NCBI RefSeq assembly: GCF_018977255.1
Contig: NW_024704742.1
Location: 107,572,001 to 107,636,000, forward strand
Length of the DNA: 64,000 nucleotides
Source of the DNA: Callorhinchus milii
Lineage: Eukaryota
Reading direction: 5' to 3'
Under the pieces are notes generated by a model. It was given only the letters and a program-made list of their open reading frames with translations, searched no databases and had not been told where the DNA came from. The position numbers and the translations under genes were made by a program. This document shows positions 51,471-63,950 of this stretch, piece after piece (position 1 is the first letter of the stretch; each line of letters begins with the position of its first letter).

Positions 51471-53345
51471 CAGAGGGTGCGAGGGACGAGCAGGAGTTCG
51501 GTGCCAGTTGAGCGGAGGTGCCGGGTGGTGAATTGGAGAGGGAGGAGTTAAAAGCAGTAGGGAGGTGCCCGGGAGTAAATGGATTTGAACATGATTGTGA
51601 GGATCTTGAAGTTGATCCATTCGGTGATGGGGAGCCAGTGGAGCCTGGCCAGAACTGGTGAGATGAGGATGCAGGGTTTGGTCCAGGTAAGTATGTCGGC
51701 AACAGAGTTCTGAATGAGCTGGATTATTTGAATAGTGGAGCTGGGGAGACCAGCGAGGAGTGTGTTTGAATAATCCAGGCAGGAGGTGAAAAACACATGC
51801 ACGAGGGTTTCGGCTGCATTTGAGATAAGGTACTGTCGGAGGTGGGCAATGTGGTGGAGGTGAAGGAAGGTGGTCCTGGTCAGGGACCAGATGTGGGAGA
51901 GAAAGGACAGCTGGGGGTCGAACCAGATGCCCAGATTGCACACTGTTTCAATGAGTCTGAGGGAGAGCCCCGGTAGGTTGAGGAGATCAGATCTGCAGGA
52001 GTGAAGATGTTGACAGGAGCCAAGGAGTATGGCTTCCGTCTTGTCCACATTCACCTGCAGGAAGTTTGCACTTATCCAGGCCCTGATGTCTGGCAGACAA
52101 GCTGATAGAACATCGGCGGTCCTGGAGTCGATACTGGAGGAGGCAAAGTAGATTTGTGTGTCAGGTGCATACATGTGGCAGTTTACCCCGTGTGCGTATG
52201 ACATCACCAAGAGGGAGCATATAGATAAGGAAAGGAAGAGGGCCAAGAATGGAGCCCTGGGGCATCCTGCAGATGATCCGGTGGGGGAGGGAGGAGAAAC
52301 TATTTGCCGATATGAAGTGGCGACGGTTGATTAAGTAGGACTCGAACCACACAAGTGCGGTCCCACTAAGATGGATGAGGGAGGAGAGGTGGTGGAGGAG
52401 GATGTCGTGGTCCACTGTGTCGAACGCGGCAGAGAGATCCAAGAGGACGAGGAGGCAGAGGGAGCCCTGGTCACAGATAGACAGGACATAGTTTGTTACT
52501 TTGACAAGTGCTGTCTCTGTGCTGTGGGCAGCGCGAAAACCAGACTGTAGGTGTTTGAGGAGGGAGTGGTGGGAGAAGTGTGACCGAAGTTGACCTGCAA
52601 CAATGCGTTTCCAGACTTTAGCAAGCAAGGGTAGGTTGGAAATGGAATGGTAGTTTGTGAGATTAGAGGGATCGAGGTTGTTTTTGTTGAAGAGGGGTGT
52701 GATAACAATTTCTTTCAGTGACAGTGGAACAAAGCCTGAGGAGAGAGACTTGTTGACATGTCAGCTTGCAGGGGAAGAGAAGGGGGAGTTGAGTGACCAG
52801 CAGCTGGGTGGGGAGGGGGTCGAGGCAGCAGGTGGTAAACTTCATGCGGGTGATTGTGGTTGAGAGAGAGGAGGGAGAAATGGGGGCAAAGGAATGTAAG
52901 GAGGGGGCAGTGGCTGGAGCCAAGGCAGAGGGAAAAGGCGGTGTGGATGGTCTGGGTGGGGTGGAAGGGCACATGGGGGGAGAGGACGATGCAGTCAAGT
53001 TGATGTTTAGGGAGTGGAGGTCCGAGGAAGAGAGGGCATTTGTGAGTAACACATGAGGAAGCTTTTTTCAGAGGCGGAAAAATATGGTAAAGGGCTTTTA
53101 AGGGGGGGGGGGGATGCGGAAGTGGCCCGAGATGGCCTTGTCCAGGACAGGCCATCTCAGACCACTTCAAGACCATGTGTGAAGATGAGGTCGAGGGGGT
53201 GGCCACTGTTGTAGGTCGGCGAGTTGATGTGAGCATGAGATTTAGGGAGGAAAGGAGGGCAGTGAAATCCGAGAAGGTTGAAATCACCCATTATGAGCAG
53301 GTGTTCAGTGCAGAGGGACAGGGATAAGAGGAGAGAGGAAATATC
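51471..53345 (-). mobile_element. Older L2 LINE, ORF2 remnant (endonuclease end through RT)
   Basis: CCLDPLPT, QSGFRAAHSTETALVKV, LLDLSAAFDTVDH, PQGSILGP, YAPDTQIY, LHWLPI; many frameshifts. Confidence 0.95.
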
Positions 53346-53973
53346 AGTGAGGTTATCATTAAAGATCGCATGACACTGTTCAGAAAGAGAAAGGAGTTTT
53401 TCCTGATGTCAGGCTAACCTCCCAAATAAAATCGATCATTCACTTCATGGCTGTTTGTGAGACATTGCTGGGCCTAAATTGCTGTGATCTTCATCCACAA
53501 ATAGCTTTTAGAAATTTTTCTTATATAGACAGTTTTAGAATGATTTTGATTAGACAATTCCGTTTATGGAGTCCGAAAGCAACCACAAATTAAAAAGAAC
53601 CATATGCATAAAAGCCCCAAATCTTAATTAGCCTTAATGTTTTCTGCCACTGCAACATAAATCATGCTTTCATAAATTCACAATAGGTGCTGTTAATTTT
53701 ATCGTTACACACTGTAAATTAGACTAATAGAACATCAATGAGCCATTGTACAATGTTATACTATCAGGTGCAATATAATATGAATGTCTTAATTTCTAAA
53801 GCTGATCCATATTTTTTGAAGTAGAAAAATAAAGAGAAAAGATTAAGGAAAGATTTTGACTATGTTTTATTTTCATTTGATGAATGAACAGTGCACAGAA
53901 TGACCTTAGCTGGTTGTATAGTTCATCTGCTAGAAGTAACTTAATTGTGGCAGTGAAGTAAGATTTTACCACG

Positions 53974-53974
<1 letters not shown>

Positions 53975-54015
<41 letters not shown>

Positions 54016-54100
54016 CCTTGCATTTGATATAGCGCTTTTCACGTCGGGAGGACGTCCCAAAGCACTTCACAGAATATACTGTAAAGTGAATTGACTTTTA
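53975..54100 (-). mobile_element. Young SINE tail with an expanded (TAA)n run
   Basis: (ATA)n followed by CCTTGCATTTGATATAGCGCTTTTCACGTCGGGAGGACGTCCCAAAG. Confidence 0.9.
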
Positions 54101-54720
54101 TATATTAATATGAGTTAGAGAAGTACTGTTAAATGAGGTAAATTCTCGTGTCTAGCAACTACCAATTCAAGGTAGAAACTAAAAGGTGTTTCGTAGTCCC
54201 ACAGACAATAATTTCCTCAGGATTCACACCTTTAAAATTCATAAACCTATTTGGTTCACATTAAAAACACTGCTCTGTTCAGGGACTCTGTAATATGCAA
54301 AACAGTATTGCAAAGGGAGCCCCAGCACACAGATTAATCAGTAGGTTCCCAGGTCCAATAACACTTTTGATTTGGATTTTTGTCTTTCATTTTTAAATAA
54401 CTTAGTGTTTATAAATCTTTGATTATAGTTATTTAAAGGTGCTTTTTAGTAATGGATGAAGCCATCCATTTAAAATTTTTACCTGGAGAATAATTGTGAT
54501 TCTGCACTGCAATACATTACATTTAATGCAACGTAAATTAGTTATTCAGTTCCCAGTCTGTGAGACGCATTAAATTACAGCAACAAATTGGTGAAACAGA
54601 TAAACTGCTCCCACTACTTCACATTGATTAATGATTTCTAAAATACTCTACTATTCTACTTTTTGTAACCTGTATTTTCGTTTTGTAGCCTGTGTTTTAC
54701 TCTAATTGTGTTATTTTTTC

Positions 54721-57010
54721 GAACATAGGAACATAAGAACATAGGAATTAGGAGCAGGAGTAGGCCATTCAGCCCCTCGAGCCTGCCCCGCCATTCAATA
54801 AGATCATGGCTGATCTTCTAACTTAACTCCATCTGCCCGCCGTATCCCCATATCCCTTAATCCCTCTATCCTTTGGAAATCTCTCAATCTCAGTCTTGAA
54901 TATGTTCAACGACTGAGCATCTACAGCCTTCTGGGGTAGAGAATACCATAAATTCACTACCCTCTGAATGAAGAAGCGTTTCCTCAACTCGGTTCAAAAA
55001 GGCTGTCCCTTAATCTTACGACTGTGACCCCTAGTTTTAGATTCTCCTCCAGGGGAAACAGTCTCACACTGTCTACTCTGTCAAGCCCCATAAGAATCTT
55101 ATATGTTTCCATAAGATCACCCCTAATTCTTCTATATTCTAGAGAATATGGGCCTAGTTTACTCAACCTATCCTTATAGATCAACCCCCTCATTCCATGA
55201 ACCAACCTAGTGAATCTACTCTGCACCCCCTCTAAGTACACAATATTCTAGGTGCGGTCTCACCAAGGCCCTATACAGTTGCAGCAAGACTTCCCTATTC
55301 TTGTATTCTAACCCTTTTCCAATAAACGCCAACATGCCATTAGCCTTCCTAGTTGCTTGCTGTACCTGCATACTAACTTTTTGTGACTGGTGTACAAGGA
55401 CACCCAAATCCCTCTGAACACTAACATTATCTAGTCTCTCCCCCTCTAGAAAATAATCTGCTTTTCTGTTTTTACTATCTAGGTGAATAACTTCACACTT
55501 CCCCATGTTATACTCCACTTGCCACCTTCTTGCCCACTCACCTAGCCTATCTATATCCCTTTGCAATCCTTTTGTGTCATCCTCAGAGTTTACTCTCCCA
55601 CCTAGCTTAGTATTATCTGCGAATTTAGATATTTTAAGTTCTATGTCCTTGTCTAGATAATTGATATAGATTGTAAATAGTTGAGGCCCAAGCACTGATC
55701 CTTATGGCACTCCACTGGTCACATCTTGCCAATCTGAGAAGGACGTGTTTATCCCTACTCTCTGTTTTCTTCCCATTAGCCACTCTTCGATCCATGCTAA
55801 TATATTGCCTTCATTTCCATGGGCCCTAATCTTGTGTAGCAGCCTTTTATGTGGCACCTTGTCGAATGCCTTCTGAAAATCTAAATACACTACATCTACT
55901 GGTTCCCCCCTATCTAACTTGCTAGTTACATCCTCAAAGAACTGTAAAAGATTTGTTAAGCATGACTTCCCTTTTGTAAAGCCATGTTGACTTTGCCTAA
56001 TCATGTTATGGTCCTCTAAGTATCCCACTACGACATCCCAAATTAAGGATTTTACAATTCTCCCTACCACCGATGTCAGACTGACTGGTCTATAGTTCCC
56101 TATCTTCTTTCTCCCACCCTTCTTAAATAGTAGTGTTATGTTTGCAATGTTCCAATCAATGGGAACCGTTCCAGAATCCAGGGAATTTTGGAAGATCAAG
56201 AACAAGACATCCACTATCTCAGCAGCCACTTCTTTTAAAACCCTAAGGATGCAGGCCATCAGGTCCAGGGGATTTGTCATTTTTCAATCTCAACAGTTTC
56301 CCTAGTACTAATTCTTTACTGATATTAATTCCCCTAAATTGCTCACTAACATTAGCTTTTTGGTTCCCCTCTATTTTTGATAAGTTTTCATTGTCTTCGA
56401 ATGTGAAGACAGAAGCAAAGTATTTGTTTAATGACTCTGCCATATCTTTATCCCCCATTATACTTCCTCCTGTCTCTGCCTTTAATGGACCCACATTCCC
56501 TTTTGGAAGTCTCTTCCTCTTTATGTATTTGTAAAAATACTTGCAGTCTGTCTTTATGTTTCTAGTTAGTTTGCCCTCATAATCCATTTTCTCCCTCCTA
56601 ATCAGTTTCTTAGTTTTTCTTTGTTGGTCTCTGAAGCCCTTCCAATCTTTGGGTTTACTGCTCTTTTTGGCAGTGTTAAAGGCCTTTTCTTTTAATTTTA
56701 TACGTTCCTTAACTGCTCTAGTTAGTCAAGATTGAACCACTTTTCCATGGTATTTTTATTCCTCAATATGTGTGGGAATATGTGATCGCTGGGAATTATG
56801 CATTATATCTTTAAAGGTTTGCCATTGCTGGTCTACTGTCATATCCTTTAATATAATTCCCCAGTCTATTTTAGCTAAATCCTCTCATATACCTGCAAAA
56901 TTGGCTCTATTTAAATTTAAGACCCTTGCTTCAGAATTAACTACATCACTCTCTAACTTAATGCTAAATTCATTCATGTTATGGTCACTCTGACCTAGAG
57001 GAACCTTAAC
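54721..57010 (-). mobile_element. 5'-truncated CR1 LINE, same family as 19113-21930
   Basis: KSPGPDGLHP, QHGFTKGKSCLTNLL, YLDFQKAFDKVPH, FADNTKLGG, LVRPHLEYC; 3' tail at 54721-54745. Confidence 0.97.
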
Positions 57011-58969
57011 TTCCAAACATTAAAAACAAAAGTAGAATAGCCTATTTTATAATAATAATAATCTTTGTGTTTGATATAGCTATAGTCTTTCACGATGGGA
57101 GGATGTATCAAAGTGCTTCACAAAATTTACTATGAAGTGTAATGAATGTGTGTTTTTGTAGACTAGTTGTCTGGAGTATCCCCATCTGAAAAATTGTGAG
57201 CTTTAACTATTTTCTGATAGAAGACACAATACTTAATTCATGCCTACAAATACATAGTCACTACACTTCATAGAAACTTTGTGAACACCTTTCAAATATT
57301 CTCGATGGTATTAAATGCAAGGATTATTATTATATTGTAATAACCATTGATTGCACTTTGTGATTGAAATAATAAATCATTATTTCCAGTATTTTGTTGG
57401 TGTTTTATGTGTTTTTGTTATTGCAGGTTCAAAGGATTGAAGCACATTAAGAAAAGTGTTAAAAGAAAATTAATTATGATTTATCCATGATTATGGTAAT
57501 AGCGCTGATAACTAGCTCCCTAAATTGCACTATTTAATTCTCTAACCATTAATAAAATATTTGTTCTTTTCTACTTAGAAATTTTAAGAATTTCCTTTTT
57601 TTCTACCACCTCTGCTTGCATCGATTCATTGGCATTTCTGCTTACATTGGGTGAACAAATGATTGATAAAGATTACTATAACTTGTTCATATCATATGAA
57701 CTTTACTAATGCAAACAATGCTAACCTGAGATCCAGTTCCATACCGTACAGCATGCATGCACTCAATGACGCAATTGAAAGAATTAGGCAGATCATATTT
57801 TACCTGGGTTTAATATGCATAATTTAACTTTTACGAGTATGGGCATAATTAAATGGCACAAATAAAGCAATAATGCAATGTAACGCCGAGCTTAATATAA
57901 TCTAGTTGTTGTTTATTACAGATATTTTACTAAACAATCTGGCCATTTCCAAAATGCTTTAATTCTTCTTGCTCCATCACTTTCTTTTTTTCCTCCACCA
58001 TTAATTAGAATAACTCTTAACAGGCTGCTCCTGAACTGGCATAAGGAACAAATGTAGTGCAGTTACCCTCAGTGACATCCAACAGCAAGCCAGCTGTTTG
58101 CCGAGACAGTTTCCACCTGACAACCATTGAACCGTCTTCCAAATGCTTTTACTTATTCTTTGAGTTTTCCTGAGCTCCCAGGTAATAACATTCCCTGCCC
58201 TCGTAATAGAGGGCTCTAGGCTCTGTTTACGAAAGTGTGGATTTGAATTTCAGTGATCCGAGATTTCGATTTAACATCAGCAAACCCAGCTTCGGAATGG
58301 TGAAGGAACTAAATTGAAGTGAGAACAGGGACCTTGGGAATGTTTGAGTTAAATGAAAAACAACAAGACAATGACCCATCAACGATAGCACAGACGGAGC
58401 AATTTGAGAGGAAACTAAATAGCCACAAAGGGAACATAAGGATGGTAAATTGTTTAGAAGTGTCAGAATACCTTGTACAAAATATGAAGATACCTTGTCA
58501 TATCGTGTCAAAAATATAAAGGGATTCAAAGACAAATGAATCACCAAAGTATCTGAAACCAGCAGTTATAAGATAGCAAAAAATTACCATTTGAAAACCA
58601 TATAAAAATTACATTGACAATTATGGATCAGGTATCTTTTTTTAGAATTTTCAAGCTGATAGATAACCTTCCCTTAAGCAAAGGTAATCAAACAAACCTG
58701 AATAATCTCTCCTCTTCTCCACTTAACTATCTGATTAACACCCACTGGTCAATTGCTCCAATAATTTTGCATTTCACTCTAATACTGAAAGTGTATTCCC
58801 AATATTTCTGTATGTTGGCAAAGGCTTTTTAGTTCATATCATTTAAAGGCAGTGGAATTTCTCCTGACCCTTAAAGGTAATTTAGTGAGACTCCAGGATA
58901 TCAATCTAACAGAACAAATTACATTATTCAACCTGACTAGTTGCATTACACAGATGACACTGTCACAAG

Positions 58970-59210
58970 TCCCAAAAGCACAAGAGCCTTCATGCTCTAT
59001 AGTGTTTAATCATCTATGTTAATATGTATCCTTGTAAACTTCAATCCTGGTCTTATTCAACTCTTATTAAAGCTGTTAACTGGCCCAGCATTAATTGCTT
59101 TCACTGGGAGTCTATTCCAGATATCCATTAATCTGTGCAGGGAGCAAAAAGTCTAATCTTTAACCTCAATAGAGATTTGTTCATTTTGGATTCATGTCCT
59201 CCAGTTCTAT
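58970..59210 (-). mobile_element. Old CR1 3' fragment
   Basis: Reverse strand: RTGGH...WNRLPVK..NAG...FNKRVE-like remnant. Confidence 0.55.
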
Positions 59211-61574
59211 GCTTATAGTACAAATTAATCAGCCCACTTTTACACTAAAACCCAGGCAGGCTGGAACAATGAGGGGAGATCTGGTCTGGTGAGCTATAAT
59301 TTCCAGCTAAGTGTAATTAGGGTCCAGCTAGGTCTGAATTCCAGATACCTGGAATCACAGGGTTTACTGTAATAACATTATCAATGTTGCTCAGCATTTT
59401 AAAAATCTGGATCATGGCTTCCCCACAAGTCAATGTCTTCTCAAGATACAAGTTGAGTTGTGGGACGTTCTCTTCATGGTTTGCAGTCCTCGTTCCTAGA
59501 AAGAAAACATTTGCATTTGTACAACATTTTATCAATTTGAAAGATCTCAAGGTGTTTTGTAAATAATAATTCATAGATAGTTAATTGTGTCAAATTGGCT
59601 TATTTGGAAATGTTTTTGTCTTTCTCTGGGTCAGGAGGTTGTGGGTTCCAACCTCATGTTGTGACTGATAATAAAATAATAATCCTTGTATTTGATATTG
59701 CCTTATCATGTCTTTGAAACGCCTACAAATATACATATTGGAAATATGTTTTATTCTATACTTTAAAGAAAAGCTCTGTGAAGTGCTTTTTGATATCATG
59801 GGTACTATATCTATTGCAGGGGTTATTATTCATCACATTATTATCGTTGAGTGTAGAGGACTATTTTTGTAAAGGCAGCAGCCATTTGTACCAGCAAAGC
59901 TGCTACAATCAACTACAAATGAATGATCTTGTCAAAGAGCTATATGGGTTCAAAATGAAGAAATTAGTTTCTGTTTATAATGAGTGTTCACTTCCTATGT
60001 AGCTTGACTTAGAGAAAATAGACAGTGTATTTCCTCTGTAACGATCACTATGTTTCGTGAAGGGTATGTAGATCTACAACACAGTAAAGAATGAACTGAG
60101 TTGATAACACTCAACTAACTACTTGTGGCCATCGTTGAACAAACAGACTGATAGCCTGAGGATGTGAAATCATTTCATTTATTACCATAAATGACCCTAA
60201 AACTCAAACTTTTTGAGTGCATCCAACAGTTGAAGGTAACATCAAGAATAGCTCAGACCACTGCTTTGAGAAATGCCTTTGTAAAACGCTTGAATAATTT
60301 AAAATGATATGTTTTTCCGGATTGATGCAGCATAAGCATCTAAACAGGGGGAAAAAAATTGTCTTGTTGGCTGGGTTTTTGTATAAAAACAAGGAACAAT
60401 GTGAAAGACAAGATTACATTACTTGAATCTGAATTAAATTTAAAAATGATTATTCTGAAATAAACATATCTCTTCAATCTCTATTTGAAGCATTATTGCA
60501 GGCAAAATTAAAGAGCCACATTCTGACTGATGACTTGGGTCTGATTTAATGTCTGCCTTAGTGTAATTTACAATCTTTAATGTGTTATCTATCCACCGAC
60601 AATTTTGAATCTCTAAATACCTCAACACACTAAAGTATGACACATTTATTAAAACATAAATCAAAATGTCATAATCAGATATATCATACAATTGTTGAAA
60701 TAGCTTGCAATTTCCAGTAAATTCACAACAAATCTCTTTATTTTGATCCTTGTTTTTCTAAATTTGTTTTATGTGCTTATAACAATCCCTCTAGTACAAA
60801 AAAGTAGGGAACAATTCAATTGAATTTAGATAAATTCAGAACTAGATCAAAGAAGTTTGAAAATGAAAAAAACTTGCAACAAAAGGATAAATATCAGAAT
60901 TCCACTTTTAGTTACTGATAATTGTTAATTCAATTATATTTTAATTGATGTTGTTTGATATAGTGATAGAATGCCAGGCTTGTCAAGTGAACAGTGCAGT
61001 TTCGAATGATATGCGTGCGTGAGCAAACTGAATAATGGGCAACTCAATTTGTGCGTCTTTTGTGACTGAACAATAGAGATTTGGAAACTAAAAAATGCGT
61101 ATTTGACTCATCTAGCACTTTGTACCATAGCTCAGGGTTTGGAATTAATAATGCAGAGGCTTATCTGATTCTATTCTTCCACTTATAATTGAAGCATCAT
61201 TATTTTACTTTTAATTCTTTGTAAATTCCCAAACTGAAAGTAAATTGAGGTGAAAATCCGATCTGTTTAAAGTTAGATAACATGCTGGCAGGAAATGGGT
61301 CCCTTCATAGCTCAAGCAGGAAGGGTTCAAATTTCGCAAGTTTCCCTATCAGACATTATCTGTCATTTTTCATATCTGCTGTCTGAAGAAGGCTGCGTAA
61401 TGCATATTAATAAATGCTAACATATGCTAATGATTGTGACATCATGTATTGCTCGGTGATAAATGAGCAAAGTGAAGCCCAGATGGAGTCAACAGTGGTT
61501 TGTTTCTCTGGGCCAAAATAATCATTGCACACAGAGCAGTTTGGAGATACAATAAACATCTATTGAAACATGTA

Positions 61575-61975
61575 GATCCAAAATACAGAAGGAAGTTTTT
61601 CCTGGCATTCTGGTCAGCAATAAAATAAAATTGGTCATTCACTTCATGGCTGCTTGTGGGATCTTGCTGTGTGCAAATTAGCTGCATGTTCACCTACAAA
61701 ATACAGTCACTCCATTTTACAGTAAATCCTGAGTAGTGCTGTTAGACATCCTCCTGCTATAAAAGGTGCTATATCAACTGTAAGGATGATTATTATTATT
61801 ATCCTCCCAGAAACATTGGTATTCACCTCATGGTTGTCGGTGTCATTGTGCTGTTCCAAATGGTTCCCACAATTGATTGTAAAATGCAGTTACTACATTT
61901 GACACCAATTACCTGTGAAGCACTTGGAGATATATTAATGTGATAAGGTGCTATAAAGTGCAAGTTTATTCTTTC
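61575..61975 (+). mobile_element. Two tandem DeuSINE 3' halves (~61575-61800 and ~61810-61975)
   Basis: TGGTCATTCACTTCATGGCTGCTTGTGGGATCTTGCTGTGTGCAAATT core. Tails GGTGCTATATCAACTGTAAGG and GGTGCTATAAAGTGCAAGTTTATTCTTTC. Confidence 0.8.
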
Positions 61976-62720
61976 ATCATGGTGGTTGTTCACTCCTGTT
62001 GACTCTGGAAGGTTCAATCTGATTTGTCACTTTGTCCTCCTGAGGATTGGAATCACTTTAAAATATTCTTGGTGATGTCAGGTGCCAGATGTGAAAGCAT
62101 AATTTTATCCATCATTTCATGCTGCATGTGAATCCGTTCAGTTTGTGTGTATTGAGGAATGCCTGACCGCACCGTGGCAATGTAGCAAACAAAGAAGTGC
62201 TCAAAAAGGTATTTACCAGCCATCTGTATTGATTTTGTTTCGGTGAGCGAGTTTTCCTCATCTCATCCCCCGATATTCCCTTGATCAAAATGTGCAAGTT
62301 CCTTGACCTGGTCCATGGCATTGAAACCACTCACAATCCCAATGTACTTCCAACCACCAAAAGATGCAGGCATCGATCCGTTCTTCACAACTTCTGATCA
62401 AATATCAATCCGCTGGATTAACTTCCTTTACCAAATCTAGACTTGAACCAAATCTTCTTAATTTCATCTTAGCCAAAAAGCTTAGAAGTGATGCGTCCGG
62501 ATTGATGAATATTGTCTTCTCATCATGAATGAAAATGGACAAGGCAGCATACGGTACATGGCACCTATAAATCCCTTCACACCCTAGCACCTGACCTATC
62601 TCTATGATCTTCTTCCACTGCTCTATTTTGCTCGCTCCTTCCGCTTGGCTAACTGCTGCATAAACCCCAACCCCCTCTGCTCCACCATCGGACAGTTATT
62701 GAAACTAATCTCTGAAAAAT
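61976..62720 (-). pseudogene. Candidate endogenous viral element: fragment of a segmented negative-strand RNA virus polymerase (L/PB1-like)
   Basis: Reconstructable ~245-aa frame with ~3 frameshifts and ~3 stops: FSEISFNN...VYAAVSQAEGASKIEQWKKIIEIGQVLGCEG...AALSIFIHD...MPASFGGW. No similarity to the repeats in this window. Assignment is by manual motif and spacing comparison only. Confidence 0.55.
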
Positions 62721-62890
62721 CCCTCTCTCTGCCTCACTCGTTATCTATCTGTCTTTCAACCTTGCGTAAAAACCTTACTTCTTCAACTGGGCCTAGTCAC
62801 CTCCCCCTTCCCCCTCCCCCTTTCTCGACATCTGACCATGTTTTTTGAAGTGTCACAAGACGTCACCCTATGTGAAGGGCGCTATATATA
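62721..62890 (+). mobile_element. Older L2 subfamily 3' end abutting the candidate EVE
   Basis: TCTCTCTGCCTC...AAAACCTTACTTCTTCAACTGGGCCTAGTCACCTCCCC...AGACGTCACCCTATGTGAAGGGCGCTATATA; collinear with 8340-8530 and 63430-63600. Confidence 0.75.
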
Positions 62891-62984
62891 TAATATATAT
62901 AGCTGAATATCACAAGCTACTGATTTTAATTTGATATTATGCATAATTATAAAGATGTACTTGCAATTCAAATACACTTTGTAG

Positions 62985-63120
62985 TCCAACAATTCAATAC
63001 ACCCCAAGCACTGCAGTGGAGTGTCAATGTAGACTATATGAGTTCCCAGTCCCAAAGTGGGGCTTGAACCCACAACCTTCTGCCTCAGAGGCAAGAGTGT
63101 TACCAGCTGAGCCAGGCTGC
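62985..63120 (-). mobile_element. DeuSINE head
   Basis: Reverse strand: CAGCCTGGCTCAGCTGGTAACACTCTTGCCTCTGAGGCAGAAGGTTGTGGGTTCAAGCCCCAC. Confidence 0.85.
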
Positions 63121-63359
63121 CTCACATGCTTTCTGACATTAACTTGTATCTTAACTTAGTTTAAACTCCAGTTCTGAGTGTGGCTTATAATTCAAACATA
63201 TCGTAGATGTCCAGTTAAAGTTATCTGCATCCACCAATGCTATTGTCATATTGCAAAACTGTATGTTGACACCCAAACTAGCTTTATCCTCATGGTATGA
63301 GATGCAAACTAAATTGCCATCAGGTGAATTATCATCTTCTATTATGTTAACATATCTTA

Positions 63360-63600
63360 ATTTTCCCCATCCCTTATCCCGGGCTTGGCTGGGCTTTCAG
63401 CACTTTGCCCCAAAACTCTGGAACTCCCTCATTCAGTCCCTCACCTTCTCCCCCTTTTAACCCATCTTCAGATTACATGTGATATTCCTCTTTAAACGTG
63501 CCTATGGTTACCTTCCCTTTCTCTCCATCAAATTCCACCTTTGTCAATTGTTCAGAGATGCTACCCTGTGAAGGGTGCTGTATAAGTGCACGATGTTGGT
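63360..63600 (+). mobile_element. Older L2 subfamily 3' end
   Basis: GGGCTTTCAG...CTCTGGAACTCCCTC...TGTGAAGGGTGCTGTATAAGTGCA. Confidence 0.75.
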
Positions 63601-63714
63601 TTTAATTTTGTCCTGATAATATCCAAGTCAATTTACAGTAACATCTACAATGTTATTTTCTGTGCTTATAAGAGTCAGAGAGTTAGGATTAAAACTATAT
63701 TTTGAGTGACCAGC

Positions 63715-63950
63715 AGTGACAGGTACTGATCGATTCTGGTGCTCCAGTTTTTCGCACTATATATGAATTAACTTGATGTGGGAATAGAGGCAAGTATATC
63801 TAAGAGTGCAGATGACACAAAACTAGGGGGTGCAGTGAATCGTGAAGAAGAGAGCAGAATATTGCAATAGGACAGATGAAGATTAAGCAAGATTGCAGAT
63901 GCAGATTCAGCATAGCAAAGTATGAAGTGGTACACCTTGGATGCAAAAAT
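63715..63950 (+). mobile_element. Old CR1 RT fragment, followed by a DeuSINE head at 63955-64000
   Basis: ISKSADDTKLGGAVNREE...; then CCTGGCTCAGTTGGTAGCACTCTTACCTCTGAGTCA. Confidence 0.75.

Noticed and set aside
57427..57495. Possible exon (TTGCAG acceptor, GTAATA donor)
   Set aside because: Stop codons in all three frames; no evidence of coding.
59230..59325. Mini PIF/Harbinger-like MITE (TTACACT...AGTGTAA)
   Set aside because: Inverted match too short and no TSD visible.
62670..62700. LSDGG resembling influenza PB1 LLVSDGG
   Set aside because: It follows a stop, lies in the wrong position relative to the other motifs, and the alternative frame (SEISFNN) fits better; treated as coincidence.
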